Of a DNA stretch of 64,000 bases, positions 1 through 11,522 are shown one piece after another. The notes beneath the pieces are model-generated. The model saw nothing but the letters and a program-made list of their open reading frames with translations, ran no database searches and was not told the origin of the DNA. Both the position numbers and the translations under genes were made by a program. Source of the stretch: an uncultured Eubacteriales bacterium (GTDB lineage: Bacteria > Bacillota > Clostridia > Oscillospirales > CAG-272). Every line of letters begins with the position of its first letter. Position 1 is the stretch's first letter. The DNA lies in NCBI GenBank assembly GCA_958414825.1, contig CATYXQ010000005.1, forward strand, positions 1,882 to 65,881, given 5' to 3'.

Positions 1-167
1 TCTCCGAGCGCCGCCGCGCCGAGCAGCGCGTCCATAACCGCGTGCAGCAGCACATCCGCATCCGAATGACCAAGCAGTCCAAGATCATACGGAATCTCTA
101 CGCCGCCCAATATCAGACGGCGTTCCGGCACCAGTCGATGCACATCATATCCCTGTCCGACCCGCAT
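1..167 (-). CDS. ispF: 2-C-methyl-D-erythritol 2,4-cyclodiphosphate synthase, N-terminal part (runs off the window)
   Basis: Minus-strand translation from the ATG at 167 reads [56 protein letters not shown]. This is a classic IspF N-terminus. It overlaps the ispD stop by 23 nt. Confidence 0.85.
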   Translation of the reverse strand, partial: MRVGQGYDVHRLVPERRLILGGVEIPYDLGLLGHSDADVLLHAVMDALLGAAALG

Positions 168-915
168 ACGCCGCCTCCCTCTCCGAAAGAACGGCTTCCG
201 CCCGTATCAGATCCTCCGGATACGTAATTTTGAAATTACCGCCCGCGCATTCGGCAATACGCACTCGAATTCCGATGTGTTCCACAAGCGCGGCGTCGTC
301 TGTCGCTTCAAAGCCTTCTGTAACCGCCGTATAGATCGCCGCGCGGTAAATCTCATCCCGAAAGACCTGCGGCGTCTGCGCAAGCCAGATATTTGCACGG
401 TCAAGCGTCTGATCCACAAAAACGCCATCGGCATATTTTACGGTATCCGTGGCGCGGCACGCTGCGATTGCAGCGCCGTGCGCCATCGCCGTCAGCACGA
501 CCGTTTTGATCTCCTCCGGCGTGACAAGCGCGCGAGCGCCGTCGTGCAGAGCGACATAGTCCGCCTCAGTGCATATGGCGTCAAAGCCGAGCTTTGCCGA
601 TTGCTGGCGCGTGCTTCCGCCCGCGACCGTTTTGGACAACTTGGCAATTCCGTATTGCGCGCAAAGTTCGGCATAACAGCCGATTTCATCCTCATGCGCC
701 ACAAGAACGATTTCATTTATACACTCGCATTGTTCAAACGCAAGGAGAGTATGCATAATCAGCGGTTTTCCGCACAGCAGCCGCATTTGTTTTCGCTTGC
801 CCCCGCCCATTCGCGAACCGACGCCACCGGCTAAAATCACAGCGCTGACAAACGGCTTTTTCTTTCCGAAAGCCGCAAACACGGCATCCTTTATTTTTTC
901 ATATTTTTCACTCAT
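145..915 (-). CDS. ispD: 2-C-methyl-D-erythritol 4-phosphate cytidylyltransferase
   Basis: The 256-aa ORF carries the [16 protein letters not shown] nucleotide-binding motif and IspD-like sequence throughout. An AGGAG RBS lies upstream of the ATG at 915. Confidence 0.9.
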   Translation of the reverse strand: MSEKYEKIKDAVFAAFGKKKPFVSAVILAGGVGSRMGGGKRKQMRLLCGKPLIMHTLLAFEQCECINEIVLVAHEDEIGCYAELCAQYGIAKLSKTVAGGSTRQQSAKLGFDAICTEADYVALHDGARALVTPEEIKTVVLTAMAHGAAIAACRATDTVKYADGVFVDQTLDRANIWLAQTPQVFRDEIYRAAIYTAVTEGFEATDDAALVEHIGIRVRIAECAGGNFKITYPEDLIRAEAVLSEREAAYAGRTGI

Positions 916-923
916 GTAAACTC

Positions 924-1253
924 CTAACGGTAATATACATAATAAATTACAACCGTGCGAACCTGACCGTCCCGCTCAAGATCGGGCGCAGTTATAACCG
1001 CGCCGTCCTTAGACAAAAGCTCGGCGATCTGCGTCTTTGCAATTTTTGCACGCAAAAGAACGTCCGAAGACGAAAATATAAATAATTCGTCTTCCCGAAT
1101 CGAGACGCTTCCGCCCTTGCCGATGATCTCTTCAACGCCGTCAATCTTTTCTCCCACATATCGGATTCGCTTGTCGGCAATCAGTTCCGCCATGCGCCGC
1201 TTATAGGCAGGCGATTCGGGGTTCTTTTTTGAAAATCGGGAAAAAAGCGTCAT
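924..1253 (-). CDS. small conserved hypothetical protein (about 109 aa, possibly PH/GRAM-like fold)
   Basis: The ORF track gives 924..1349. The internal ATG at 1253 (MTLFSRFSKKNPESP...) sits 2 nt after the gpsA stop and fits operon packing. Function is not recognised. Confidence 0.55.
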   Translation of the reverse strand: MTLFSRFSKKNPESPAYKRRMAELIADKRIRYVGEKIDGVEEIIGKGGSVSIREDELFIFSSSDVLLRAKIAKTQIAELLSKDGAVITAPDLERDGQVRTVVIYYVYYR

Positions 1254-1255
1254 AT

Positions 1256-2209
1256 TTAAAATTCCTCTTTCAGACTGCGCTGAAAAAGCGCCTCCAGCGC
1301 CTGCTCCGGTTTTGCATACGCATACAAAACAGCATACACCGCCTGACAAATCGGCAAATCCACACCGTATTTTTTCCCCAGATTCATCATCGCACGCACC
1401 GTATAATATCCCTCGGCAAGATCGCTGTACGCCTCGCCGCGAACAAATGATTCGCCGAACTGCCGGTTATGGCTGTATGGAGAAAACACAGTCGCTTCAT
1501 AATCCCCGAGATGGCACAATCCGTACGCCGAAAGTTCATTGCCGCCCATAGCGCTGATCAGCCGCGCCACTTCACGCGCGCCGCGCGACATCAGCGCGCC
1601 TTTCAGCGAAGAAAGCTCCAGTCCGTCGAGCATCCCCGCCGCAATACCGATCACGTTTTTTGCCGCCGCGCCGATCTCGTTGCCGATCAAATCTCCGCCG
1701 TAGTAAAAACGGATCAGGCGGCTGGAAAACGCTTCGATAAGCCTGTATTTCAGTTTCTCATCCAAAGAATCAATCACCATACAGTTCGGAATACCGCGCA
1801 CAAATTCCTGTACATGTCCGGGGCCGATCCAAACCGCCACGGGGACGCCGGGAAGCTCTGCCGAGGCAACCTCGCTGAGCCGCAGCCCCGTTTCGATTTC
1901 TATGCCTTTCATGCAGAGAACAAGCGGCTTTTTGTCGAGTCCCGCATCCCGAAGCTCCCCGCAAAGCGAACGCAATCCCTGCGACCCGATCGAAATTCCA
2001 ATCAGATCCGCCTTTTGAAGATCGGAAAGCCTGGTCACAAGCCGAACGCGTTCTCCGAGCGTTACAAGTCCGTTTGTGCGCTCGGCAAGCAGCCGCGCCA
2101 TATGCGGCGAATCCGCCTTTCCATACAGCATGACCGAATGGCCGATGCTGTCCAGATACCATGCAATAAATGTTCCCCATCTGCCGCTTCCTATGACTGC
2201 AATCTCCAT
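1256..2209 (-). CDS. gpsA: NAD(P)H-dependent glycerol-3-phosphate dehydrogenase
   Basis: The 317-aa ORF has an N-terminal Rossmann motif (MEIAVIGSGRWGT) and GpsA-like sequence throughout. Confidence 0.9.
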   Translation of the reverse strand: MEIAVIGSGRWGTFIAWYLDSIGHSVMLYGKADSPHMARLLAERTNGLVTLGERVRLVTRLSDLQKADLIGISIGSQGLRSLCGELRDAGLDKKPLVLCMKGIEIETGLRLSEVASAELPGVPVAVWIGPGHVQEFVRGIPNCMVIDSLDEKLKYRLIEAFSSRLIRFYYGGDLIGNEIGAAAKNVIGIAAGMLDGLELSSLKGALMSRGAREVARLISAMGGNELSAYGLCHLGDYEATVFSPYSHNRQFGESFVRGEAYSDLAEGYYTVRAMMNLGKKYGVDLPICQAVYAVLYAYAKPEQALEALFQRSLKEEF

Positions 2210-2231
2210 ACGCTTCTCCTAAAATGCACTT

Positions 2232-3002
2232 TCAGTCTTCGACCGGGAGCCGACCGGTTTCTACAAATCCGTCCACATGACCGCGCTGCATCGCACCGAA
2301 AATACGATGACGCAGTCCTTTATTTTCCCGTTCAAGCCGATACAAAAGCTGTTTCACCGTTTCACGCTCCGTATTGCCATTGGCCGGGCACAAGCTCTTT
2401 GCAACAGGGAGCGCCGTTTTCCCTGCAAAATACCGGATCGCTTTTTCCGGCACATAAATCATCGGACGAATCAGATAAAGCGCTGTATTCGACAAATACG
2501 TAACCGGCGAAAAGCAGCCAATCCGCCCCTCATAAAACAAATTCAGCATAAAGGTTTCGACCGCATCGTCAAAATGATGGCCGAGCGCAACGCGCGCGCA
2601 GCCGAGTTCGCGCGCAGCATTATGTAGCGCGCCCCGCCGCATTTTTGCGCACAGCGAGCAGGGATTGGTTTCTTTCCGTATATCAAACACGACTTTTCCG
2701 ATTTCGGTCGGCACGACCGTGTACGGTACATCCAAATCGCGGCAAAACGCTTCGATTTTTGAATAATCCGCGCCCGCAAAGCCGAGATCCACCGTGACCG
2801 CGCAAAGCGTATACGGCACCGGATAAAAGCGGCGAAGTTCAGCGAGCGCGGCAAGCAGCGTCAGTGAATCTTTTCCCGCAGATACCCCGACACAAATTCG
2901 ATCGCCCGCATGAATCATATCATAGTCCCCCGCCGCACGGCGGACATAGCTGAGTATTCTCTGTATTTCTTTCATACCGTTCCGTTTACCGGCCTTTCGC
3001 AT
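2232..3002 (-). CDS. PP-loop ATPase, TtcA-family tRNA 2-thiocytidine synthetase-like
   Basis: Contains the PP-loop SAGKDS and cysteine motifs (NPCSLCAKMRRG) typical of the TtcA family. The start is uncertain between 3002 and the ATG at 2975. Confidence 0.75.
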   Translation of the reverse strand: MRKAGKRNGMKEIQRILSYVRRAAGDYDMIHAGDRICVGVSAGKDSLTLLAALAELRRFYPVPYTLCAVTVDLGFAGADYSKIEAFCRDLDVPYTVVPTEIGKVVFDIRKETNPCSLCAKMRRGALHNAARELGCARVALGHHFDDAVETFMLNLFYEGRIGCFSPVTYLSNTALYLIRPMIYVPEKAIRYFAGKTALPVAKSLCPANGNTERETVKQLLYRLERENKGLRHRIFGAMQRGHVDGFVETGRLPVED

Positions 3003-3043
3003 ATACTGCTTACGAAGCTATATTTTTCTAAAGAGGTGTTTTT

Positions 3044-3610
3044 ATGGCCATAAAAATTTACATCGATCAGGGACACAACCCTCAAAATCCCAACGCCGGC
3101 GCCGAGGGAAACGGTCTGCGCGAACAGGATCTTACATACAAGATCGGCGTAGAACTTGCCGCGCTGATTAACGCAAATCCGAATCTCGAAGCGCGTCTCT
3201 CTCGGCCGACGCCCGAAACCACGCTCGGAACCAGCAACGCCACAAGCCTTGCCGCGCGTGTACGGGACGCAAATTCATGGGGAGCCGACTATTTTATCAG
3301 CCTGCATACGAACGCTTCGAGCATTCCCAGCGCCTCCGGAACAGAAGCCTACGTCTACGCGCTGGATACTTCGGCTGCCGAACTGGCGACCGACATTGTG
3401 CAAAGTTTATCGGAAGCCACCGGGCTTCGCGACCGGGGCGTGTTTGCCCGACCGAGTCTTTACGTCCTGCGGCGCACCGCAATGCCGGCTACCTTAGTCG
3501 AAATGGGTTTTATCACAAATCCGAGCGACGCTGCGCTCATGAACGAAAACCCGCAGCTATTTGCAAGAGGAATCTACAACGGGATCCTGCGCTATCTCAA
3601 TTTGGCCTAA
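3044..3610 (+). CDS. N-acetylmuramoyl-L-alanine amidase (Amidase_3 family)
   Basis: The 188-aa ORF has the IYIDQGHNPQNPNAGAEGNGLREQD ... ISLHTNA ... LVEMGFITNP pattern of CwlD/Amidase_3 enzymes. An RBS (AGAGG) lies upstream. Confidence 0.85.
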   Translation: MAIKIYIDQGHNPQNPNAGAEGNGLREQDLTYKIGVELAALINANPNLEARLSRPTPETTLGTSNATSLAARVRDANSWGADYFISLHTNASSIPSASGTEAYVYALDTSAAELATDIVQSLSEATGLRDRGVFARPSLYVLRRTAMPATLVEMGFITNPSDAALMNENPQLFARGIYNGILRYLNLA

Positions 3611-5638
<2,028 letters not shown>

Positions 5639-5893
5639 TTATTGTACCAATTTTTACGGCAAAAGTCAATTCCTATAAAATTTTTATCAAGAAAAAACGC
5701 AATCCCCTCTTAAAATATATAAAAACAAATGTCATTTTCTCATTTATCAAGAGATAAGCGGATATATCCACTACGCTTTACAATATATTTTTTTCTCTTC
5801 TCTTTTCTTTTGCAAAACTTTGTGCTATAATACATCGAAGAATGATACCGTCTGACCGAATTTCCGGCGCAGACGCAAAATCCGGAGCATAGT

Positions 5894-6136
5894 ATGTGTG
5901 AAACAAACATGGAGTTACGGGTTGATCGCATAGAAAGCGAAATTGCCGTCGCCTACTCGGACACTGGACGGGAATACCGATTTACAAAAAAACCAATAGA
6001 ACTGCGAGACGGCGATATCATCCGGGCGACCATTGACAAGGACGGCAAAATCACCGCTGTGGAAATCCTCGGTGATAAAACAGCGCAGGCGAAAGCGGAA
6101 CTGCAAAGCCGCCTGCATAAACTTTTCAAAAAATGA
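5894..6136 (+). CDS. DUF3006-like small protein
   Basis: The 80-aa ORF (LRVDRIESEIAVAYSDTGREYRFTKKPIELRDGDIIRATIDKDGKITAVEIL) resembles the DUF3006 family by recollection. GGAG lies 6 nt upstream. Confidence 0.55.
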   Translation: MCETNMELRVDRIESEIAVAYSDTGREYRFTKKPIELRDGDIIRATIDKDGKITAVEILGDKTAQAKAELQSRLHKLFKK

Positions 6137-6143
6137 GGCAAAC

Positions 6144-6848
6144 ATGTTTAATCCAACTCTCTATCAAATTTTAATCGGTTCGGCGGAAAGCGCCGGCGCG
6201 CAGACCGCCCTGACGGCAATCTGCGTACTGCTTTGCATCGTACTGCCCTATCTGCTCGGGAGCGTCAATTTTGCGCTGGTCATTTCCAGGTGTTTTTACC
6301 GTGATGATGTTCGAAAGCACGGAAGCGGCAATGCCGGTATGACCAACATGCTGCGCACATACGGAAAAACCGCAGCGGCGGCAACGCTGCTCTGCGACAT
6401 GCTGAAAGCAACCGCCGCGATATTCTTCGGCGCGTTCATTTACGGAATAAACGGTGGATATATCGCCGGACTCTTCTGTATTATGGGACATATTTTCCCC
6501 GTATTTTTCAAATTCAAAGGCGGCAAGGGCGTTGCCACTACCGCCGCGATGATTCTGACGCTGGATCCGCTTTGTTTCCTCATTTTGCTCATCATTTTTG
6601 TCGTTTTGGTGGCCGGAACAAAGTACGTTTCGCTCGGCTCTATTATTTGCATGATGCTGTATCCGATTCTGACCTATAAACTTGCTTCCTGGGGATATCA
6701 CGGATTCCCTGTTCTAATTAGTTTTATGGTAGCGGCGCTTGTTATTTTTATGCATCGCGACAACATAAAACGTCTGTTAAACCATACCGAAAATAAGATT
6801 TCCTTTTCAAAAAAGAAGAACAATCCCACAAACGGAGACAAAAAATAA
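6144..6848 (+). CDS. plsY: glycerol-3-phosphate acyltransferase PlsY
   Basis: The internal ATG at 6144 gives a 234-aa multi-TM protein with the PlsY signatures GSGNAGMTN and FKGGKGVAT. The longer ORF start at 6033 overlaps the previous gene. Confidence 0.88.
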   Translation: MFNPTLYQILIGSAESAGAQTALTAICVLLCIVLPYLLGSVNFALVISRCFYRDDVRKHGSGNAGMTNMLRTYGKTAAAATLLCDMLKATAAIFFGAFIYGINGGYIAGLFCIMGHIFPVFFKFKGGKGVATTAAMILTLDPLCFLILLIIFVVLVAGTKYVSLGSIICMMLYPILTYKLASWGYHGFPVLISFMVAALVIFMHRDNIKRLLNHTENKISFSKKKNNPTNGDKK

Positions 6849-8041
6849 TGCCTACCGATACGCTTTTCAATCTATGCGCGCTGATTTCGCTCGCGGCAGA
6901 ACACGGCTTTTTAAAAAAAGCCGTGTTTTCCAAATGCGAAAAAACGGATGTTCTGCGCGCAACCGGACGACTTTTTCAAAAAGAAAATCAAATCTTTTTG
7001 CAGCTTGAATATCAAATGCGGGACGGCAAAGCCATGCACAAGAATTTTCCTGTAAGCGCGGCGGCGGAAATCGCCGGGGCGGCGTCCGCATTTTCACAAA
7101 TCAACCTGATCGGTGAAAATGCGGACGCCGAATATAAAAAATCGGAAAACGGCCGTGAAACAATTCTCGGAGAGAAAAAGTTTTTATCCGCAGTCAAAGC
7201 ATATAGCGGCAAAACGCAGTTTTCGGCGCATGACCGTGAAAAGCGCTATCTGCTGCGCGGCGACGAACCGTTCTTGCGCGCGCTCGGCATCTCCGATGCT
7301 TCCGGACGAATATATGATAAAAAGCACGCAAAATTCCGTCAAATCCACCGATTTGTGGAGCAGATTGCAGACATATACCATGCGCTGCCGGAAAAAGGAG
7401 AACTGCACGTACTTGACCTCTGCTGCGGAAAAAGCTATCTCAGCTTTGCGGCCTATCACTATCTGCATACCGTTATGGGCCGCACGGTCAAAATGATCGG
7501 GATCGACCGTAAAGAAGACGTTATTGCTTTCTGCTCGGAAACAGCAAAAAAGCTTGAATTTAACAATCTGCATTTTTTTGCCGCGGACATTGACCGCTTT
7601 CCGTATGAAACGCCTGTCGATCTCGTTCTGTCCCTTCATGCCTGCGACATTGCCACCGACATTGTCCTTTCAAAAGCGATGGAACTCGGAGCCGCCGTCA
7701 TTCTTTCCACCCCTTGCTGCCAGCATGAACTTCTCGCCAATCTGACGACGGATGAATTTTCTTTTATCACCCGCTATCCGATTCTGAAAAAGAAGCTCTG
7801 CGACGCGCTCACCGACGCGCTTCGCCTGATGCGTCTTGAAGCCGGAGGTTATACAGCCGAGGCAATAGAATTCACCGACCCGGATGACACGCCGAAAAAC
7901 ATCCTGCTCCGCGCAGTCAGGAAGCCTCTTTTCAAGCCCGATTCGCCCGACGCCAAAGCGGCAAAAGCAGATTTTGAAACGCTTTGCAGCCGACTGACCG
8001 GAGCGCGCAGCCTGTATCTCTGCGGAAAAAAAGAAAACTAA
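6848..8041 (+). CDS. class I SAM-dependent methyltransferase
   Basis: The 397-aa ORF has SAM-binding motif I (VLDLCCGKSY). Its ATG overlaps the plsY stop (TAATG). Confidence 0.7.
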   Translation: MPTDTLFNLCALISLAAEHGFLKKAVFSKCEKTDVLRATGRLFQKENQIFLQLEYQMRDGKAMHKNFPVSAAAEIAGAASAFSQINLIGENADAEYKKSENGRETILGEKKFLSAVKAYSGKTQFSAHDREKRYLLRGDEPFLRALGISDASGRIYDKKHAKFRQIHRFVEQIADIYHALPEKGELHVLDLCCGKSYLSFAAYHYLHTVMGRTVKMIGIDRKEDVIAFCSETAKKLEFNNLHFFAADIDRFPYETPVDLVLSLHACDIATDIVLSKAMELGAAVILSTPCCQHELLANLTTDEFSFITRYPILKKKLCDALTDALRLMRLEAGGYTAEAIEFTDPDDTPKNILLRAVRKPLFKPDSPDAKAAKADFETLCSRLTGARSLYLCGKKEN

Positions 8042-8183
8042 GCCAAGTGTGCGTATTGAGCAATTTCCGCTTGCCTTTTCGCACATCATTTTACAGTCAA
8101 ACGGCTTTCAGAGACCGACAAAATGCACGAGAAAGAGCTTTTTTAACGACTTTTTTTTTACTTTTCCATGCGATGCGGAATCC

Positions 8184-8212
8184 TTGACACCCAAATGCAG
8201 ACATGGTATAAT
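8184..8212 (+). promoter_or_regulatory. sigma-70 type promoter of the pur operon leader
   Basis: Perfect TTGACA (8184-8189), an exact 17-nt spacer, then perfect TATAAT (8207-8212). Confidence 0.65.
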
Positions 8213-8360
8213 AATTTTAATGAAACCCTCTTTTGGCATCGACCGTTCGGTCATTTCGGCGCCAAGCAATTGTTTCTCGCTTTTCACTGCACATGTCCAT
8301 GGCTCTCAGGCTTGAGCACAGCGCAGCCCGCGCCGCATGGCATGCACGATTTACAAGGTT

Positions 8361-8427
8361 TTCTGCAACCGACGGATTTGTGGAGCACCACAGGGGAGCA
8401 GAAAATGATATGCCGACCGTCTGGGCA
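8361..8427 (+). promoter_or_regulatory. ZTP (ZMP/ZTP, pfl motif) riboswitch aptamer
   Basis: The sequence is TTCTGCAACCGACGGATTTGTGGAGCACCACAGGGGAGCAGAA, a linker, then TGCCGACCGTCTGGGCA. P1 is TTCTGC/GCAGAA, P2 is TGTGG/CCACA, and the pseudoknot is GACGG/CCGTC. The conserved 3-prime CCGNCUGGGC signature is present. It lies upstream of purE. Confidence 0.82.
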
Positions 8428-8464
8428 CGCTTACATTTTTACAGGTAAGTTGTGCCATTTTTTA
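8424..8464 (+). terminator. intrinsic terminator forming the riboswitch expression platform
   Basis: The hairpin is GGCAC-G-CTTAC / GTAAG-TT-GTGCC followed by ATTTTTTATTT. Its 5-prime arm overlaps the CTGGGCA end of the aptamer. Confidence 0.7.
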
Positions 8465-8494
8465 TTTATATACTTAATTTTATGGAGGAAAGGT

Positions 8495-8989
8495 ATGAAA
8501 AAAGTTGCAGTCATCATGGGCAGTGACAGCGATCTGCCTATCGTTGAAAAGGCCATTTTCACGCTTCGGGATTTTGAAGTGCCCTATGAGGTACACGTCT
8601 ATTCCGCGCACAGAACGCCGGGAGAAGCGAAACGTTTCACGGAAACCGCGCGCGAGCACGGTTTTGGCGTGATTATTGCCGCCGCCGGCATGGCCGCGCA
8701 TCTTGCGGGCGCGATTGCGGCAAATACGACGCTGCCTGTAATCGGCATTCCGATCAAATCCAATACGCTCAACGGCGTTGACGCTCTGTTTTCCACCGTG
8801 CAGATGCCAAGCGGCATTCCTGTAGCCGCGGTTGCGATTGACGGGGCTGTAAACGCCGCTTTGCTTTCGATTCAAATTCTTGCGGTAACCGACGAAAACC
8901 TTGCCGAAAAACTGGCCGAAAAACGCGCCGCAGACAAGCAAAAAGTCCTTTCCAAAAATGCTGCGGTTGAAGAGAAATACAATCACTGA
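8495..8989 (+). CDS. purE: 5-(carboxyamino)imidazole ribonucleotide mutase (class I PurE)
   Basis: The ATG at 8495 is preceded by GGAGGAAAGGT. The sequence MKKVAVIMGSDSDLP ... AAAGMAAHLAG is the class I PurE signature. The ORF-track extension back to 8168 covers the riboswitch and is not coding. Confidence 0.92.
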   Translation: MKKVAVIMGSDSDLPIVEKAIFTLRDFEVPYEVHVYSAHRTPGEAKRFTETAREHGFGVIIAAAGMAAHLAGAIAANTTLPVIGIPIKSNTLNGVDALFSTVQMPSGIPVAAVAIDGAVNAALLSIQILAVTDENLAEKLAEKRAADKQKVLSKNAAVEEKYNH

Positions 8990-9017
8990 GTAATCTATAA
9001 TTTAAAGGAAAAGCAAA

Positions 9018-10457
9018 ATGAGTAATTTAAGAGAAGAATGCGGCGTATTCGGCGTTTATTCCCCCAATACCGCCGATCTGGCACGCACTGCGTATTACGG
9101 ACTGTTCGCACTTCAGCACCGCGGACAGGAAAGCTGCGGAATTGTCGTCAATGATGACGGCATTTTCCGCACACACAAAGACAACGGTCTTGTAAACGAC
9201 ATTTTTACCCCCGAAGTAATCGAAACGCTCGGAGAGGGAAAAATCGCCGTTGGACACGTTCGCTACGGCACGACCGGATCCAAGGCTCGCGTAAACGCGC
9301 AGCCGATTGTCGTCAATCATATCAAGGGACATATGGCGCTGGCGCACAACGGAAATTTGACCAATTCCTATGAATTACGCGCCGCGCTGGAAATGGAGGG
9401 ATCCATTTTCCACACAACGAGCGATACCGAAGTCATTTCCTATATGATTACCAAAGAACGGATAAACGCTCCCTCTATTGAGGAAGCCGTCAACCGCGCC
9501 ATGACGAAACTGGAGGGCGCTTATTCGCTCGTCATCATGTCTCCCTCCAAGCTGATCGCCGTCCGGGATGAAAACGGAATGCGGCCGCTTTGCTACGGAA
9601 AAACGCCGGACGGCGCCTATGTCATCGCCTCGGAAAGCTGCGCGCTCGACGCAGTCGGCGCGGCGCTTGTGCGTGATCTGGAGCCGGGGGAAATTTTGGT
9701 TTTCGATGCAAACGGCATTCGCAGCATCCGCGACCACTGTGAAAAAAAGCCCTCCGCGCTCTGTGTGTTTGAATATATTTATTTCGCCCGTCCCGATTCC
9801 GTAATCGACGGCTGTTCGGTGCACACTGCGCGTCTGCGTGCAGGCGCATTTCTTGCCCTGGAGCACCCTGTTCAGGCTGACGTGGTCATCGGCGTACCCG
9901 ACTCCGGCATTGACGCCGCCATCGGGTACTCCAAACAGTCGGGCATTCCGTATGAGATTGGTTTTATCAAAAACAAATATATCGGACGTACTTTTATCGC
10001 CCCAGGGCAAAAGAGCCGTGAGGACAAGGTAAGGATTAAACTCAATCCGATTCCGGAAGTTGTACGCGACAAACGCATCGTCCTGATCGATGACTCGATT
10101 GTCCGCGGCACGACCAGCGCGCGCATCGTGCGTCTTTTGCGCGAAGCCGGCGCAAAGGAGATCCATATGCGGGTATCCGCACCGCCGTTTTTGAACCCCT
10201 GCTATTACGGCACCGACATTGATTCACGTGAAAATCTGATCGCATGTCATCACACTGTAGAGGAGACGGCAAACATAATCGGCGTCGATTCGCTCGGATA
10301 CCTCAGCGTGGAGAGTGTGGACAAGCTGGCCTACGGCGTAAACGGTAAGGGCTACTGCGCCGCCTGTTTTACCGGCGCCTATCCCACGAATATCCCGTCC
10401 GAAACCCATACAAACCGGTTTGAAAATAAAATTTCCGAAAGCGGAAAAGATGAATAA
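9018..10457 (+). CDS. purF: amidophosphoribosyltransferase
   Basis: The 479-aa ORF has an N-terminal CGVFGV Ntn-amidotransferase start and the PRPP-binding loop VLIDDSIVRGTT. Confidence 0.95.
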   Translation: MSNLREECGVFGVYSPNTADLARTAYYGLFALQHRGQESCGIVVNDDGIFRTHKDNGLVNDIFTPEVIETLGEGKIAVGHVRYGTTGSKARVNAQPIVVNHIKGHMALAHNGNLTNSYELRAALEMEGSIFHTTSDTEVISYMITKERINAPSIEEAVNRAMTKLEGAYSLVIMSPSKLIAVRDENGMRPLCYGKTPDGAYVIASESCALDAVGAALVRDLEPGEILVFDANGIRSIRDHCEKKPSALCVFEYIYFARPDSVIDGCSVHTARLRAGAFLALEHPVQADVVIGVPDSGIDAAIGYSKQSGIPYEIGFIKNKYIGRTFIAPGQKSREDKVRIKLNPIPEVVRDKRIVLIDDSIVRGTTSARIVRLLREAGAKEIHMRVSAPPFLNPCYYGTDIDSRENLIACHHTVEETANIIGVDSLGYLSVESVDKLAYGVNGKGYCAACFTGAYPTNIPSETHTNRFENKISESGKDE

Positions 10458-10481
10458 GCTTGCAAAGACAAGGAGGACAAC

Positions 10482-11522
10482 ATGAAAAATTCAAAATCCG
10501 AAAGCTACGCCGCCGCCGGCGTGGACATCACCGCCGGCTACCGCGCCGTAGAATTGATGAAACAGCATGTTGCGCGCACGATGACAAGCGGCGTCTGTTC
10601 GGACGTCGGCGGATTCGGCGGCCTGTTTGAGTTCGATACGCGCGGAATGGAACGTCCCGTCCTTGTCAGCGGCACGGACGGCGTCGGCACCAAGCTGAAA
10701 CTCGCTTTTTTAATGGACAAGCATGATACCGTCGGTATCGACTGCGTGGCTATGTGCGTCAACGACATTATCTGCTGCGGCGCAAAGCCTCTCTTCTTTT
10801 TAGACTACATCGCCTGCGGTAAAAATGTGCCCGAACGCATTGCGGACATCGTCAAAGGCGTGGCGGAGGGCTGCGTACAGTCAGGCGCCGCGCTAATCGG
10901 CGGCGAAACGGCTGAAATGCCTGGGTTTTATCCCGAAAACGAATATGACCTCGCCGGTTTTGCGGTGGGCGCGGTTGACAAATCCAAAATCATCGACAAC
11001 AAACGCATGAAAATCGGCGATATTATCATTGCGCTCCCGTCGAGCGGCGTACATTCCAACGGCTTTTCTCTGGTCAGGAAAGTCTTTGACGTGGAAAACA
11101 GCGATATTCGCACCCCGAACGCTGCGCTCGGCGGAAAATCCATCGGCGAAACACTGCTCGCCCCTACAAAAATCTATGTCAAACCGATGCTGGAACTTAT
11201 GAGCGCGGTCGATATACACGGCGTCTCTCATATCACAGGCGGCGGTTTTTATGAAAATATTCCGCGCAGCATTCCGGACGGACTCGGCGCAAAAATCCAA
11301 AGAAGCGCAATCCGCGTACTGCCTATTTTCAATCTCATTGCAAGTGTCGGCGGTATTCCGGAGCGCGATATGTTTAATACCTTTAATATGGGCGTCGGCA
11401 TGAGCGTCGTCGTTCCGGCTGCGGATGCAGACCGTGCGCTTTCCACTCTGCGTGCACTGGGCGAAGACGCCTATATCATCGGTGAAATTATCGGAAGCGA
11501 GGACAAAATCACGATATGCTGA
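10482..11522 (+). CDS. purM: phosphoribosylformylglycinamidine cyclo-ligase (AIR synthetase)
   Basis: The 346-aa ORF has PurM-like sequence ([16 protein letters not shown]). Confidence 0.93.
   Translation: MKNSKSESYAAAGVDITAGYRAVELMKQHVARTMTSGVCSDVGGFGGLFEFDTRGMERPVLVSGTDGVGTKLKLAFLMDKHDTVGIDCVAMCVNDIICCGAKPLFFLDYIACGKNVPERIADIVKGVAEGCVQSGAALIGGETAEMPGFYPENEYDLAGFAVGAVDKSKIIDNKRMKIGDIIIALPSSGVHSNGFSLVRKVFDVENSDIRTPNAALGGKSIGETLLAPTKIYVKPMLELMSAVDIHGVSHITGGGFYENIPRSIPDGLGAKIQRSAIRVLPIFNLIASVGGIPERDMFNTFNMGVGMSVVVPAADADRALSTLRALGEDAYIIGEIIGSEDKITIC

Noticed and set aside
145-167. Possible bifunctional IspDF fusion or frameshift at the ispD/ispF junction.
   Set aside because: The two reading frames differ. 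Each has its own proper terminus or start (ispF begins [10 protein letters not shown]). The 23-nt overlap is ordinary translational coupling.
924-1349. The long form (141 aa) of the small protein between gpsA and ispD.
   Set aside because: The first 32 codons overlap the gpsA 3-prime end and translate to Cys/Gly/Ala-rich nonsense. The ATG at 1253 directly follows the gpsA stop.
1469-2503. Long ORFs on the strand opposite to clear genes. Examples are 1469..2503, 4205..5149, 9375..10166, 13853..14827, 14629..15399, 41117..41866, 51073..52164, 52207..52875, 55551..56273, 58146..58868, 62057..62875 and 62972..63769.
   Set aside because: These are shadow ORFs of GC-moderate coding regions. Their translations are Arg/Ser/His-rich low-complexity sequence, they lack RBSs, and they fully overlap genes with unmistakable family signatures.
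8168-8494. N-terminal extension of the purE ORF (the track gives 273 aa starting at 8168).
   Set aside because: The extension covers the promoter, the ZTP aptamer and the terminator. The real start is the ATG at 8495, which has a GGAGG RBS and the canonical MKKVAVIMGSDSD N-terminus.
8213-8494. A purine (guanine/adenine) riboswitch or T-box upstream of purE.
   Set aside because: The conserved purine-aptamer strings (UAUAAU...GGAUAUGG...GUUUCUACC...CCGUAAAU...GACUAUG) are absent, and there is no T-box AGGGUGGUACCGCG-like sequence. Only the ZTP motif fits.
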